Positions 62,259 through 64,000 of a stretch of DNA of 64,000 bases are shown one piece after another. The first letter of the stretch is position 1. Every line of letters begins with the position of its first letter. A program made the translations under genes and the position numbers. This DNA comes from a virus. The stretch is taken from IMG/VR virus record IMGVR_UViG_3300047550_003635; one strand, 5' to 3'. A model generated the notes under the pieces. It ran no database searches. It had not been told where the DNA came from and worked only from the letters and a program-made list of their open reading frames with translations.

Positions 62259-64000
62259 ATGACAATCAATACGAATTTCAATGCAAATCCATATTACGAC
62301 GATTTTGATGAAGCCAAAAAACATCTTCGTGTTTTATTTAAACCTGGATATGCAGTCCAATCACGCGAACTAACACAACTCCAAACATCGTTACAAAATC
62401 AAATTGGAAATTTTGGTAAACATGTTTTTAGAAACGGTTCAAGAGTAAATGGTGCTGGACAAACAAAACAAGTAGTAACATATCTCAAATTAAACTCAAG
62501 CTATTCTGGTTCTGATATCATTGCTAATAATTTTTCAGATATGGTAATCTATTCGTCTGATGAATCGAAAAGAGCAAAAGTAATAAAAGCATATGCTGCT
62601 GATGCGGGAACTGGTGACCCAATAACTCTAATGGTCGTTCAAGACATAGGTGATGCATTCGTTGCAGGTGAAACAATAAAAACTGATGAAACATCACCAG
62701 CATTTGCTACAATTGCAACTTCTGGTGTTGGAAATGGTTTAACTTTTTCCGTTGATGAGGGTATTTGGTTTTATGAAGGATTCTTCATAAGAAATGACAA
62801 GCAAACAATTGCAGTTTCAAAATATACAACAACAGCAAATGCAAAAGTTGGTTTTGAAATTACAGAATCTATATCAACAACAAATGATGATACCACTCTG
62901 CTTGACCCTGCAATGGATTCTTCAAATTATCAAGCGCCTGGTGCAGACCGTTACATTATCAATTTAACTCTTTCTTCTCGTTCATTAGATTCGACAGATA
63001 CAACACAATTTATTGAAATCGCAAGATTTATAAACGGTCAATTAACATCATTAAAAGATAGTCCTGAATATGCTGTTTTGGCTGATGAATTTGCACGTAG
63101 AACATATGATGAATCGGGCAATTATACAGTTGAACCTTTTCTGATTTCATTATCAGATAATTCATCAAATACTGCACAAACTGTTGTATCACTTTCAACA
63201 GGAACCGCATATGTTTATGGTTATGAAGTGAGAAAGAAATTCCCAGAAAACATTAATGTTGATAAACCAAGAGAAACTGTAAGCGTCAACAATAAATTGA
63301 TAACGGCTGACTATGGTGAATATGTTTATACAAAAAATCATTATGGTTCATTGCCTATAGATTCACTTACAACAATGGATGTTCATTGTGTTCCTATTGC
63401 TAATGATTCAACCACAGCAATCTATAGCAATACAAAAATAGGAACTGTTCGTATTAAGTCATATTTGTATGATTCTGGAAATACACAGAATTCACAGACA
63501 TATGTTTATAGGACTTCAATATTTGATGTTAATATTAATAATTCAATAATTGGTAATGTTAATACTGCAACTGCAACAACAGTAAGTATCGGTAATACTG
63601 TTGCGGGCATGTATTATTCAAATGTTGCTAATGCTTATGCTGGTGCAAAATTAAGAATTACAACAGGAACTGGTTCAGATGAAAATGCAAAAACTATTAC
63701 ATCTTTTGATGTAGCAACACAAACACTTACTTTTTCTACAGCAGATTCTTTTGCAAGTATACCAACATCAGCATCACAATTCTCAATAGATTTTGAATTT
63801 AATGATGCAGAAAGTTTTGTATCACTAAACGGTTCTTCAAAAATAGTATCGTCAGCACAAATTGACGATTATTCTAAAGATTTTGCTTCAACTTATCAAG
63901 ATGCATATATTAGTGATACTGTTTTAGAACCTATTATTTTCAAATTAGGTGAAGAATGGATTGCAAATAATTCGATAACTGATATGTCTTATTCATATAA
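62259..64000 (+). CDS. Large virion structural protein (DUF4815/VrlC-like), 3' truncated by window
   Basis: NPYYDDFD..VLFKPGYAVQSRELTQLQ; APGADR; RRTYDESGNY; not in ORF track. Confidence 0.8.
   Translation, partial: MTINTNFNANPYYDDFDEAKKHLRVLFKPGYAVQSRELTQLQTSLQNQIGNFGKHVFRNGSRVNGAGQTKQVVTYLKLNSSYSGSDIIANNFSDMVIYSSDESKRAKVIKAYAADAGTGDPITLMVVQDIGDAFVAGETIKTDETSPAFATIATSGVGNGLTFSVDEGIWFYEGFFIRNDKQTIAVSKYTTTANAKVGFEITESISTTNDDTTLLDPAMDSSNYQAPGADRYIINLTLSSRSLDSTDTTQFIEIARFINGQLTSLKDSPEYAVLADEFARRTYDESGNYTVEPFLISLSDNSSNTAQTVVSLSTGTAYVYGYEVRKKFPENINVDKPRETVSVNNKLITADYGEYVYTKNHYGSLPIDSLTTMDVHCVPIANDSTTAIYSNTKIGTVRIKSYLYDSGNTQNSQTYVYRTSIFDVNINNSIIGNVNTATATTVSIGNTVAGMYYSNVANAYAGAKLRITTGTGSDENAKTITSFDVATQTLTFSTADSFASIPTSASQFSIDFEFNDAESFVSLNGSSKIVSSAQIDDYSKDFASTYQDAYISDTVLEPIIFKLGEEWIANNSITDMSYSY

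Noticed and set aside
1-64000. Stop-codon reassignment
   Set aside because: Core genes are full length under the standard code, all three stops are used, and no suppressor tRNA was found.

Overview
This window is a 64 kb segment of a large T4-like (Tevenvirinae-type) myophage genome. It is AT-rich, uses host sigma70-type early promoters and NATAAATA late promoters, and the host is probably a proteobacterium. (1) 1-14 kb is a hyperplastic early region built from about 20 near-identical TTGACA-N16/17-TATAAT promoter cassettes. It carries six paralogous Ser-alternating (S-W/G/R) dipeptide-repeat micro-ORFs, an Sm-fold-like gene, and host-protein sites (a perfect parS, a Fur box, IHF boxes). (2) 14-20 kb holds small accessory genes, including DexA-like, ArfA-like and WYL/SH3 proteins. 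(3) 20.3-27.1 kb is an array of 30 tRNA genes covering all 20 amino acids. It is headed by what looks like a ribosome-coupled attenuator whose 32-codon leader uses 19 amino acids and 29 different codons. The array also contains boxA-like antitermination sites, a hammerhead ribozyme, three repeated hairpin elements and several unassigned structured RNAs. (4) 27-44 kb has a late operon of exported Cys-rich proteins, rnh, GT2, galE, a denV-like gene, an exonuclease, a circularly permuted two-piece tmRNA, and genes 33, 59 and 32. (5) 44-64 kb is the tail/baseplate module, with a probable -1 frameshift in the tail-chaperone position. All calls come from reading the sequence; no database searches were run.
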